Positions 20,060 through 28,225 of a DNA stretch of 64,000 nucleotides are shown here, piece after piece. Numbering within the stretch: position 1 is the first letter of the stretch; each line of letters starts with the position of its first letter. The notes beneath the pieces were generated by a model. That model made no database searches. It had not been told where the DNA came from and was given only the letters and a program-made list of their open reading frames with translations. The position numbers and the translations under genes are program-made. Location: the NCBI GenBank assembly GCA_028706295.1, contig JAQWBQ010000005.1:11395-75394 (forward strand), in the 5' to 3' direction. Source of the stretch: Bacteroidales bacterium (GTDB lineage Bacteria > Bacteroidota > Bacteroidia > Bacteroidales > FEN-979).

Positions 20060-22573
20060 ATGGCGCGTCCGGGGAATCAGCCACGATCCAACACATACAG
20101 GGAAGAACCAGGCGAAAATGTTGTTCCCGAAATACCTGTGGTTACAGGTGAGGAACCTGTTAAACGAAAACGGGAAAAAAAAGGAAAACCACCGACTCCT
20201 CCCAAATCACCAAAACCGCCAAAGCAGAAAAAAATACGCACGGAACACGAACAAGCCCGTCACGAAAGACGGGTGCACGTACTGGGTCTCTTTTTCGTCC
20301 TGCTTGCCTTTTACCTGCTGTTTTCGTTTACCTCATACCTCTATACCTGGAAGTCCGATTATAGTTTTACCGATACTATTTTTAAACACTTCAGCCCGGA
20401 TGTATTTTTCGAGAATAATACCCCCGTGGAAAACTGGATGGGTAAAATCGGCGCCCTTACCGCTTACCTGTTTATCACAAAATGGTTCGGAATCTCTTCC
20501 TTCCTGTTTGTGATCATCCTGTTAAATACGGGAATGAAACAATTTTTCCACATCCGGATTTTCCCGCTTTGGGCGACCCTTGAATATGGTTTCTTCGGAA
20601 TTATCTGGATCCCGGTTCTCCTTGGACTGGTTGCGCCCGGGAATGACCTGCTTACCGGGGTATATGGTTTTCAGATGAACATCTGGCTGACGGAATTCCT
20701 GGGAACGTCGGGTCTTGCCTTGTTGCTTGCTTTCTCAGGTCTCAGTTTTCTGATACTGGCTTTTAACATTCCTTTCAGATGGCTTGGAACAGGAAAACAA
20801 AAAGAGATCCCTGTGAGCGATGCCTCCGAAGCCCCTTCACCTTTTGGGGAGGAGACTCCCGTGGAATCCGGACAAAATTCAGAACCCTATCCGGTCAATC
20901 AGCTCATCGAAAAAGAACCGGCACCGCTGAATGAGATCGACCTCGACATCCCTTCAGAACCCACTGCAAATCCAGTCATCGAAAACGAAGTCGAACTCCA
21001 GATCGAAAAACCTGTTGAAGAACCTTCAACCGAAGATCCCCTTCCCCATCAGACCCTCGATACCCGGTACGATCCGACCCTGGATCTCGCCCATTATAAA
21101 TATCCAACGCTCGACCTGTTAAGCGACTACGGGGGAGAATCGGTCAATGTTCGAAAAGAAGAGTTGGAATCAAACAAGGATAAAATTGTCCAAACGCTTT
21201 CCAATTACGATATCCGCATTCAGAAAATCAAGGCCACCATCGGCCCTGCAGTCACCCTGTATGAGATCGTACCCGAGGCAGGGATACGGATCGCGCGGAT
21301 AAAGAACCTGGAAGACGACATTGCCCTGAGCTTAGCTGCAATGGGGATCAGGATAATAGCCCCCATCCCGGGAAAGGGAACAATCGGCATCGAAGTCCCC
21401 AATCAAAACCCGGAAATTGTATCTATCAAATCATTACTCAGTACTGAAAAATTCAAAAATTCCACCTTTGAGCTGCCATTTGTGCTCGGTAAAACCATTG
21501 CGAACGAGACCTTTATTGCAGATCTTTCGCGGATGCCGCACCTCCTGATGGCCGGGGCAACCGGACAGGGAAAATCGGTAGGCCTCAATACCATCATCAC
21601 ATCGCTCCTCTATAAAAAACACCCGGCCCAAATCAAGTTTGTGCTCATCGACCCAAAAAAGGTTGAACTTACCTTGTATTCCAAGCTTGAACGGCACTTT
21701 CTGGCAAAACTCCCGGATGCGGAAGAGGCCATCATTACAGATACTAAGAAAGTGATCCGTACCCTCAACTCCCTGAACATCGAAATGGACAGCCGATACG
21801 ACCTGCTCCGCGATGCCCAGGTAAGAAATATCAAGGAATACAACGAAAAATTCCTTTCCCGAAAACTGAATCCCAACGACGGTCACCAGTTTTTGCCTTA
21901 CATCATCCTGGTCATCGACGAATTTGCCGACCTCATCATGACTGCCGGCCGCGAAATCGAAACGCCGCTCACCCGCTTAGCACAATTGGCACGCGCAACG
22001 GGAATCCACCTGATCATTGCCACCCAGCGCCCCTCGGTCAACATTATTACCGGCACCATCAAAGCCAACTTCCCTGCACGCATTGCATTCCGCGTAATTT
22101 CAAAGATCGACTCCCGTACCATTCTCGACTCTTCTGGCGCCGATCAGTTGATCGGTCGCGGCGATATGCTCCTGTCGACCGGAAGTGACCTGATCAGGCT
22201 TCAATGCGCCTTTGTCGACACTCCCGAAATTGACCGGTTGACAGAATTTATCGGATCGCAACGTGGTTACCCCGACGCCTTCTCCTTACCGGAATATTAT
22301 GACGAGGAGAGCGGATCATCGTCCAGGGAATTCGACGCCAATGAAAAGGATGAGTTCTTTGCAGAAGCCGCACGGATCGTTGTTCAACATCAACATGGTT
22401 CCACTTCGCTGATCCAGAGAAAACTTAAATTGGGCTATAACCGGGCCGGAAGAATCATCGACCAGCTTGAAAGCGCCGGAATCGTGGGTCCTTTCGAAGG
22501 CAGCAAGGCCCGTGAAGTCAGGTATAAAGATCTGACCTCGCTGGAGGAATATTTGAATATCCTGGGCCAGTAA
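20060..22573 (+). CDS. ftsK: DNA translocase FtsK/SpoIIIE
   Basis: 837 aa. Basic/Pro-rich N-terminus, TM segments, Walker A GATGQGKS, Walker B VIDEFADL and a C-terminal gamma winged helix (LIQRKLKLGYNRAGRIIDQLE). Confidence 0.9.
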   Translation: MARPGNQPRSNTYREEPGENVVPEIPVVTGEEPVKRKREKKGKPPTPPKSPKPPKQKKIRTEHEQARHERRVHVLGLFFVLLAFYLLFSFTSYLYTWKSDYSFTDTIFKHFSPDVFFENNTPVENWMGKIGALTAYLFITKWFGISSFLFVIILLNTGMKQFFHIRIFPLWATLEYGFFGIIWIPVLLGLVAPGNDLLTGVYGFQMNIWLTEFLGTSGLALLLAFSGLSFLILAFNIPFRWLGTGKQKEIPVSDASEAPSPFGEETPVESGQNSEPYPVNQLIEKEPAPLNEIDLDIPSEPTANPVIENEVELQIEKPVEEPSTEDPLPHQTLDTRYDPTLDLAHYKYPTLDLLSDYGGESVNVRKEELESNKDKIVQTLSNYDIRIQKIKATIGPAVTLYEIVPEAGIRIARIKNLEDDIALSLAAMGIRIIAPIPGKGTIGIEVPNQNPEIVSIKSLLSTEKFKNSTFELPFVLGKTIANETFIADLSRMPHLLMAGATGQGKSVGLNTIITSLLYKKHPAQIKFVLIDPKKVELTLYSKLERHFLAKLPDAEEAIITDTKKVIRTLNSLNIEMDSRYDLLRDAQVRNIKEYNEKFLSRKLNPNDGHQFLPYIILVIDEFADLIMTAGREIETPLTRLAQLARATGIHLIIATQRPSVNIITGTIKANFPARIAFRVISKIDSRTILDSSGADQLIGRGDMLLSTGSDLIRLQCAFVDTPEIDRLTEFIGSQRGYPDAFSLPEYYDEESGSSSREFDANEKDEFFAEAARIVVQHQHGSTSLIQRKLKLGYNRAGRIIDQLESAGIVGPFEGSKAREVRYKDLTSLEEYLNILGQ

Positions 22574-22810
22574 GAATAAAACGTAAATTCAAATTAGGAA
22601 TCAGGCATTGGCCATTAGCCATTAGGGAAAAAAGTAATTCAAAATTCAAATGTCAAAATTCAAATTAGCCATTAGCCATTTGCTAATAGCAATTAGAGTA
22701 AAGGGTTTTCCGTTTTCCATTTTCAATTGTCCATTGTCCATTGTCAATCACTCAATCCCTCAATAAATCAGTCAATCAATCAATCAATCAATAAATAAAT
22801 AATTCCTTTC
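22574..22810. repeat. Compound short-period repeat spacer between ftsK and lolA
   Basis: Blocks seen by eye: aaattcaaa(t) units, (gccatta)n, (ccattgt)x3-4 at about 22724-22745, (tcaa)x5 at 22772-22791, and (taaa)n. The 3' half is almost free of G. Confidence 0.8.
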
Positions 22811-23449
22811 ATGACCAGACTCAGTTTATTATTTACCGCCGTTTTCACAGTCGTTTCCATATTTTCTTTTGGCCAGAGTAAAGATCAGAAAGCCTCAGCA
22901 TTGCTCGATCAGGTGAGCGTAAAGGCGAAATCGCACAAATCCATCAAAGTCGATTTTTCCTATTCCATGGTAAACCCGAAAGCGAGGATTAAGGAAGAAA
23001 AGTCCGGAACCCTTTTGGTTTCCGGTGACCGGTACCGGATGTCGGTTGCCGGTCAGACCGTGATCTCCGACGGAACAACTGTCTGGACTTACCTGAAAGA
23101 ATCCAATGAGGTCCAGATCAATACACTGGATAATAAAGATGACGCCATGACACCATCGAAATTGCTCACCTCCTACAATGCCAATTACAAGGCAAAGATG
23201 ATCAAGGCGAATGATGCCGCGACAGAGTCGGTGGAACTCACCCCGAACAATTCAAAGAATTTTACCAAAGCCATCCTGGAAATTGATAAAGTGAAGAAAC
23301 AGGTAAAAAGCTTCACACTTTACGATAAGGGCGGGAATGTTTTCACCTACACGATTAAAAACTATGTCACTGACACACCGGTAACACCGGCTGATTTCGT
23401 GTTCGATTCAAAAAAATTCCCCGGTGTGGAAGTGATCGACATGCGTTAA
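22811..23449 (+). CDS. lolA: LolA-like outer-membrane lipoprotein carrier/chaperone
   Basis: 212 aa with a signal peptide. ftsK-lolA synteny is common in Bacteroidota. The beta-rich sequence is consistent with the LolA fold. Confidence 0.6.
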   Translation: MTRLSLLFTAVFTVVSIFSFGQSKDQKASALLDQVSVKAKSHKSIKVDFSYSMVNPKARIKEEKSGTLLVSGDRYRMSVAGQTVISDGTTVWTYLKESNEVQINTLDNKDDAMTPSKLLTSYNANYKAKMIKANDAATESVELTPNNSKNFTKAILEIDKVKKQVKSFTLYDKGGNVFTYTIKNYVTDTPVTPADFVFDSKKFPGVEVIDMR

Positions 23450-23480
23450 CCGGCCTGAACAATTCAAAGTGGAATCCTTT

Positions 23481-24314
23481 ATGCGTTTTCAGCGGATCAA
23501 CGATCATGATCAGTTAAAGACGATTGCAAAGTCAGTCAGGAAGTCGGTCATCACCAGCCTCAGCGCAGCAGGTTCCGGTCACCTGGGAGGATCGTTGGGG
23601 CTTGCCGATATCTTCACCTTTTTGTATTTCAACATCATGAATCATGACCCGGCTGATCCGACCTGGAAAGGGCGCGACCGGATGATCCTTTCCATCGGTC
23701 ATGTTGCACCAGTGCTGTACGCCACACTTGCCCATGCAGGGTATTTCAGCATCGATGAACTGGTAACCCTGCGAAAACTAGGCAGCCGACTGCAGGGCCA
23801 TCCGGGAAGAGATCACGGACTGCCCGGATTGGAGCTTTCGGCCGGATCGCTGGGGCAGGGTCTTTCAGTTGCCGTTGGCATGGCCCTGGCAGGAAGAATC
23901 GATCAGTCAGATCACAATGTATATTGTATTCTGGGCGACGGGGAACTCCAGGAAGGCTCCGTCTGGGAAGCCGCCATGGCCGCAGCCCACCATAAACTTG
24001 GAAACCTTTGCGCCATTGTTGACCGCAATGGAGTCCAGATTGACGGGTGCACTGAGAAAGTAATGGCTATTGAACCTTTGGCCGATAAATGGAGCAGCTT
24101 TGGCTGGCAGGTTTTTACCTGCGACGGAAACGATTTCGGAGAGCTGGCCGACGTTTTCGCAAAGATCAGCCCTGACCGGAAGCGACCCTCAGTGATCATT
24201 GCGAAAACCGTCATGGGCAAAGGTATAACAGCTATTGAAGGTGATTACCGCTGGCATGGCAAAGCACCGGCAAGAGAGCAAGCGATTGAATTTATCAAAG
24301 AGATCGACAGTTGA
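23481..24314 (+). CDS. Transketolase, N-terminal (TPP-binding) subunit
   Basis: AGSGHLGGSLG and GDGELQEGSVWEA motifs. ATG at 23481 is preferred over GTG at 23469. Confidence 0.85.
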   Translation: MRFQRINDHDQLKTIAKSVRKSVITSLSAAGSGHLGGSLGLADIFTFLYFNIMNHDPADPTWKGRDRMILSIGHVAPVLYATLAHAGYFSIDELVTLRKLGSRLQGHPGRDHGLPGLELSAGSLGQGLSVAVGMALAGRIDQSDHNVYCILGDGELQEGSVWEAAMAAAHHKLGNLCAIVDRNGVQIDGCTEKVMAIEPLADKWSSFGWQVFTCDGNDFGELADVFAKISPDRKRPSVIIAKTVMGKGITAIEGDYRWHGKAPAREQAIEFIKEIDS

Positions 24315-24440
24315 CAATGGACAATTGACAATGGAAAATTGAAAATTGAAAACAGAAAATTTTCTCATCAATCAATCATTCAGTAAATCAATCATTCAGT
24401 AAATCAATCATTCAGTAAATCAATCATTCAGTAAATAAAT
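24312..24440. repeat. Repeat spacer between the transketolase subunits: (acaatgg/aaaattga) block followed by a 16-bp unit repeated 4 times
   Basis: The repeat starts at the stop codon. Positions 24313-24350 are nearly the reverse complement of 22708-22745. The tandem atcaatcattcagtaa x4 occupies 24371-24434 exactly. Confidence 0.85.
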
Positions 24441-24501
24441 TCCGTCACACGGCACCAATCACGATATTTTTCTTAACGACTAAATTCTGATATTCACAGT
24501 G

Positions 24502-25467
24502 ATGACTTTTCAAAATCGGGGAAATAAAGCGACCAAGACAGGCTTTGGCGAAGGACTGCTGGAAGCCGGCCGGCTGAATCCTGACGTGATTTGCCTTGGT
24601 GCCGACATCACTGCATCAGTGGGATGCGATTTGTTTGCGAATGCTTTACCCGATCGGTTCTTCTCGATGGGTATTGCCGAGCAAAACTGCGTTGGAGTGG
24701 CGGCAGGATTGGCTCTCGAGGGCAAGATCCCGGTTTTTTCAACCTATGGTGTGTTCGCGGCGCTCCGTTGTGCCGATCAGATCCGGGTCTCCGTTTGCTA
24801 CAACAACCTCCATGTTGTAATCGGGGGCGCCCACGCCGGCGTTTCGGTCGGTCCCGACGGCGCAACCCACCAGGCACTCGAAGATATCGGAATAATGCGC
24901 GTTTTACCGAACATGACAGTCATCTCGCCATGCGATGCCACACAGACCAGAACTGCCACCCTTGCGGCCATTCTCAGGCATAAAGGGCCGGTTTACATCC
25001 GTTTCGGAAGGGAACCAATGCCCGATTTCACCAATGTGGCAGATGAATTCCTGATCGGTAAAGCCCAGGTTCTCCGGCCCGGCGAAGACCTGACGATCAT
25101 CGCCACCGGACACCTTGTCTGGGAGGCCATACAGGCATCGTACCTGCTGGAAATGCAGGGCATCCATGCAAGGGTCATCAATATGCACACCATAAAGCCC
25201 ATCGATAAAGCTGCCATTTTTACCGCAGCACTCGAAACAGGAGCCATCGTCACTGCCGAAGAGCACCAAATCCTCACCGGAATGGGTTCGGCAGTGGCCG
25301 AAGCCATCGTGAGCCAATGTCCTGTGCCGATGGAATTCATCGGAATGCCTGACCGTTTCGGCGAATCCGGAACGCCGCACGAACTGATGGACAAATTTGG
25401 CCTCACAGCCCGGGCCATTGCTGAGGCCTCACTGAAAGTGTTTGCGCGAAAGAAGGGAGTTGTGTAA
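24502..25467 (+). CDS. Transketolase, C-terminal (pyrimidine-binding) subunit
   Basis: 322 aa. FFSMGIAEQN motif and a typical C-terminal domain. ATG at 24502 follows a GTG at 24499. Confidence 0.85.
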   Translation: MTFQNRGNKATKTGFGEGLLEAGRLNPDVICLGADITASVGCDLFANALPDRFFSMGIAEQNCVGVAAGLALEGKIPVFSTYGVFAALRCADQIRVSVCYNNLHVVIGGAHAGVSVGPDGATHQALEDIGIMRVLPNMTVISPCDATQTRTATLAAILRHKGPVYIRFGREPMPDFTNVADEFLIGKAQVLRPGEDLTIIATGHLVWEAIQASYLLEMQGIHARVINMHTIKPIDKAAIFTAALETGAIVTAEEHQILTGMGSAVAEAIVSQCPVPMEFIGMPDRFGESGTPHELMDKFGLTARAIAEASLKVFARKKGVV

Positions 25468-25511
25468 TATTTATTAACCCTTTCCGGGCCGGTATCCTTT
25501 CACCGGAGTCA

Positions 25512-26297
25512 CTAACGGAGGGGTTCACCTTCGTTGTCGCAGCGAAAAACCCAGTCAGGATATTCAATACCGGTCAGCATCAGTCCCCGAGCAGGGGCCG
25601 ATTCACCTGCTGCCCGCCGGTCCTGCAATTCGATGATCCGTACAAGTTCGTCGGTTGTTATTCGTTTCTTTCCGAGTTCCACAAGGGTGCCAACGACCGA
25701 CCTGACCATGTTCCTTAAAAACCGGTCGGCCGTAATGGTAAACACGAGGGCATTTCCTTCGGATTCCCAACGGGCATGCGAAACCCGGCAGATATTGGTC
25801 TTTGTATCGGTATCGACCTTCGAAAAAGAGGTATAATCTTCGTACTGCATCAGGATCCGGGCACCCTGGTTCATCAGATCCACATCCAGGTTACCGAACA
25901 CAAACCATGAATAATTCCTCACAAAGGGATCCTTTTTCCGCGTTATGGTATACCTGTATGTCCTGGAGGCAGCGCTGAATCTGGAGTGTGCCAACGGATT
26001 GACTGGAAATATCCGATCTATGGCAATCCCGGGTCCGAGGAAAGAATTGAGTTTGTAAACCAGCCTGCTCAACATCGGCTGGTCAGGCTCCGGTTCCATA
26101 TCGAAATGTGCATAAAAAACGGCTGCATGTACCCCGGTATCGGTTCGGCCGGCACCGGTAAGTCTGACCGGCTGCCGGAGAATCAGCGATATCGCCTCTT
26201 CAAGGGTTTGCTGAACCGTTATTGCGTTCGGCTGTCGTTGCCAGCCGTGAAAACCGGTGCCGTCATACGACAACTCGACAAAATACCTTTGGTCCAT
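25512..26297 (-). CDS. truA: tRNA pseudouridine(38-40) synthase
   Basis: 261 aa. YDGTGFHGWQRQ and GAGRTDTGVHA (catalytic Asp) motifs. Confidence 0.9.
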   Translation of the reverse strand: MDQRYFVELSYDGTGFHGWQRQPNAITVQQTLEEAISLILRQPVRLTGAGRTDTGVHAAVFYAHFDMEPEPDQPMLSRLVYKLNSFLGPGIAIDRIFPVNPLAHSRFSAASRTYRYTITRKKDPFVRNYSWFVFGNLDVDLMNQGARILMQYEDYTSFSKVDTDTKTNICRVSHARWESEGNALVFTITADRFLRNMVRSVVGTLVELGKKRITTDELVRIIELQDRRAAGESAPARGLMLTGIEYPDWVFRCDNEGEPLR

Positions 26298-26420
26298 AAA
26301 CAGGTTCTGATATGCAAATTTAGATAAAGGAAAACAATACCCCCTACCTGGAAAACAAAGACAGCTTCTTTCGAATTTAGACCATGTATAAATTAAACAA
26401 AATCTGAAAAAACCGTACGA

Positions 26421-26438
26421 TTGTTAAGTTAATCACAA
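26421..26438. promoter_or_regulatory. Rex-type operator, distal site (TTGTTAA-GTTA-ATCACAA)
   Basis: 18-bp imperfect palindrome matching the Rex consensus TTGTGAA-N4-TTCACAA (clostridial variant TTGTTAA-N4-TTAACAA). Lies in the AT-rich region upstream of hydrogenase operon 1. Confidence 0.55.
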
Positions 26439-26465
26439 AAGAAAATAATAAATTTGCTAAAAAAA

Positions 26466-26483
26466 TTGTTAATCTTTTCACAA
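26466..26483. promoter_or_regulatory. Rex-type operator, proximal site (TTGTTAA-TCTT-TTCACAA)
   Basis: One mismatch to TTGTGAA-N4-TTCACAA. Lies 54 nt upstream of the ATG at 26537. Confidence 0.65.
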
Positions 26484-26536
26484 TTAAAATTATTCACACC
26501 TAAAATATTATATATTAATAATTTAAAAAAACAATT

Positions 26537-27001
26537 ATGACTGAATGCCAATCATTAATCAGGGAATTAGCAGACAAATACGGCCGTGAACGAGCCAGCC
26601 TGCTGCCCATCCTGCAGGGAGTGGTTGAAAGGGATAATTTTCTTTCCGATACCTGTATGACTGATATAGCGAAAGAGTTGGATATCTCTGCTGCTCAGGT
26701 TTACGGTACTGCAACATTTTACTCCTTCCTCGAGACTCAGCCCAGGGGTGAGTATGTGATCCGTGTTTGCAAAACCATCACCTGCGATATGCATGGAAAA
26801 AAACAGATCGTCCAGACCCTGGAAGATATGTTGAAAATCAAGGTCGGAGAAACGACCCCGAACAAAAAATTCACCCTGCTCGAAACCAATTGCCTGGGAT
26901 GGTGCCATGAAGGCCCTGCCATGCTGATCAACGAAAAACCTTACAGCGGGCTTACTCCTGAAAAGGTACATGATATCATCAGTGAATATATCAACAAATA
27001 A
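26537..27001 (+). CDS. hydC: NuoE/HydC-like [2Fe-2S] subunit (hydrogenase operon 1)
   Basis: 154 aa. Cys pattern VCKTITC ... NCLGWC, typical of the 24-kDa NuoE/HndA family. Confidence 0.85.
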   Translation: MTECQSLIRELADKYGRERASLLPILQGVVERDNFLSDTCMTDIAKELDISAAQVYGTATFYSFLETQPRGEYVIRVCKTITCDMHGKKQIVQTLEDMLKIKVGETTPNKKFTLLETNCLGWCHEGPAMLINEKPYSGLTPEKVHDIISEYINK

Positions 27002-27025
27002 TCCATAGAAATAGGAGAATAAGTC

Positions 27026-28192
27026 ATGTCAGAACAAACATTAAAGAGGGTTGACCTCATCTTCGGGGAATACTCCAGTGAAAAATATAAAGTCTTGGCC
27101 AATACCTTACATCGTTCGAATGAGGAAATTCTGAAGGATCTGCTGGAGTCAGGCCTTCGCGGCCGTGGCGGCGCAGGATTCCCGACAGCAATGAAATGGA
27201 AATTCACGGCCGAAACTCCGGGTGATGAAAAATATGTGATCTGTAATGCCGACGAAGGCGAACCGGGCACATTCAAAGACCGTGAAATTCTTTCAAGGGT
27301 ACCCCGTAAAGTATTCTCAGGAATGGCAATTTGCGGGAAAGTAATCGGCGCCCGCAAAGGATATATGTATCTGCGCGGCGAATACCGGTTCATGCTTCCC
27401 GAACTTCAAAAAGAACTCGACATTTATCATGAACATGCCAAAAACCTTGGACTGAACTTCCCGATCGAAATCAGAATGGGATCAGGAGCCTATATCTGTG
27501 GAGAAGAGAGCGCCCTTTTTGAATCCATGGAAGGCGGAAGAGGCGAACCCCGGAACAAACCGCCCTACCCCACAACCAGTGGATTTATGAAAAAACCGAC
27601 GGTTATCAACAATGTTGAAACATTTGTCAATGTGCTGATGATCATGCGCCTGGGCCCCGAACAGTATAAAAAACTCGGCACCACCGATTCGCGCGGTTCT
27701 AAGGTCTTTTCAGTTTCCGGCGACACCCCCATCCCCGGCATTTATGAACTCGAACTCGGTATGTCGCTCGATCGTTTTGTCGATGAATTCGGCGACGGAG
27801 ATACCAAGGCCGTACAGGTTGGAGGAGCATCAGGCTTTTGCGTTCCCAGAAAGAAATTCAAAGATACCATCATCGGTTTCGAAGGTGTCCCGACCGGCGG
27901 TTCCATGATGATTTTCAACAGCTCCAGGTCGATGTATAATGTCCTGCACAATTATCTCGAATTTTTCGAAGAGGAATCCTGCGGACAATGTACCCCATGC
28001 CGGGTTGGCTGCCAACAGTTACGCAAAGGGATTGAAGCAGTAAAGAAAGGTGAAAAGAAAGCCCTCTATCTTGATCAGTTGATGAAACTCAGCGAAAGTA
28101 TGAAACTTACTGCCAAGTGCGGACTCGGACAATCAGTCGCCAATTCATTCTCTTCCATCGTCAATAACTTCAAAGAAGAGATGATCTATTAA
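27026..28192 (+). CDS. hydB: Minimal NuoF-like flavoprotein subunit (FMN/NADH site plus one [4Fe-4S]) lacking the N- and C-terminal Fe-S domains
   Basis: 388 aa. GLRGRGGAGFPT (FMN), GAYICGEESAL (NADH), CGQCTPCR...CGLGQ (N3-type cluster). No Cys-rich N-terminal domain and no CxxCxxCxxxCP motifs at the C-terminus. Confidence 0.85.
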   Translation: MSEQTLKRVDLIFGEYSSEKYKVLANTLHRSNEEILKDLLESGLRGRGGAGFPTAMKWKFTAETPGDEKYVICNADEGEPGTFKDREILSRVPRKVFSGMAICGKVIGARKGYMYLRGEYRFMLPELQKELDIYHEHAKNLGLNFPIEIRMGSGAYICGEESALFESMEGGRGEPRNKPPYPTTSGFMKKPTVINNVETFVNVLMIMRLGPEQYKKLGTTDSRGSKVFSVSGDTPIPGIYELELGMSLDRFVDEFGDGDTKAVQVGGASGFCVPRKKFKDTIIGFEGVPTGGSMMIFNSSRSMYNVLHNYLEFFEEESCGQCTPCRVGCQQLRKGIEAVKKGEKKALYLDQLMKLSESMKLTAKCGLGQSVANSFSSIVNNFKEEMIY

Positions 28193-28225
28193 TCCAGTAT
28201 TAACAAGTTAATTAAGATTCTTTAT

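Noticed and set aside
24371-24434. Possible CRISPR array, suggested by exact direct repeats
   Set aside because: The 16-bp units are contiguous with no spacers. The array is only 64 bp long, and no cas genes are present in the window. It is a simple tandem repeat.
24591-24983. Arg/Pro-rich alternative-frame ORFs within the transketolase C-subunit gene
   Set aside because: The composition is typical of off-frame translation of a GC-rich coding region. The main frame has clear transketolase motifs.
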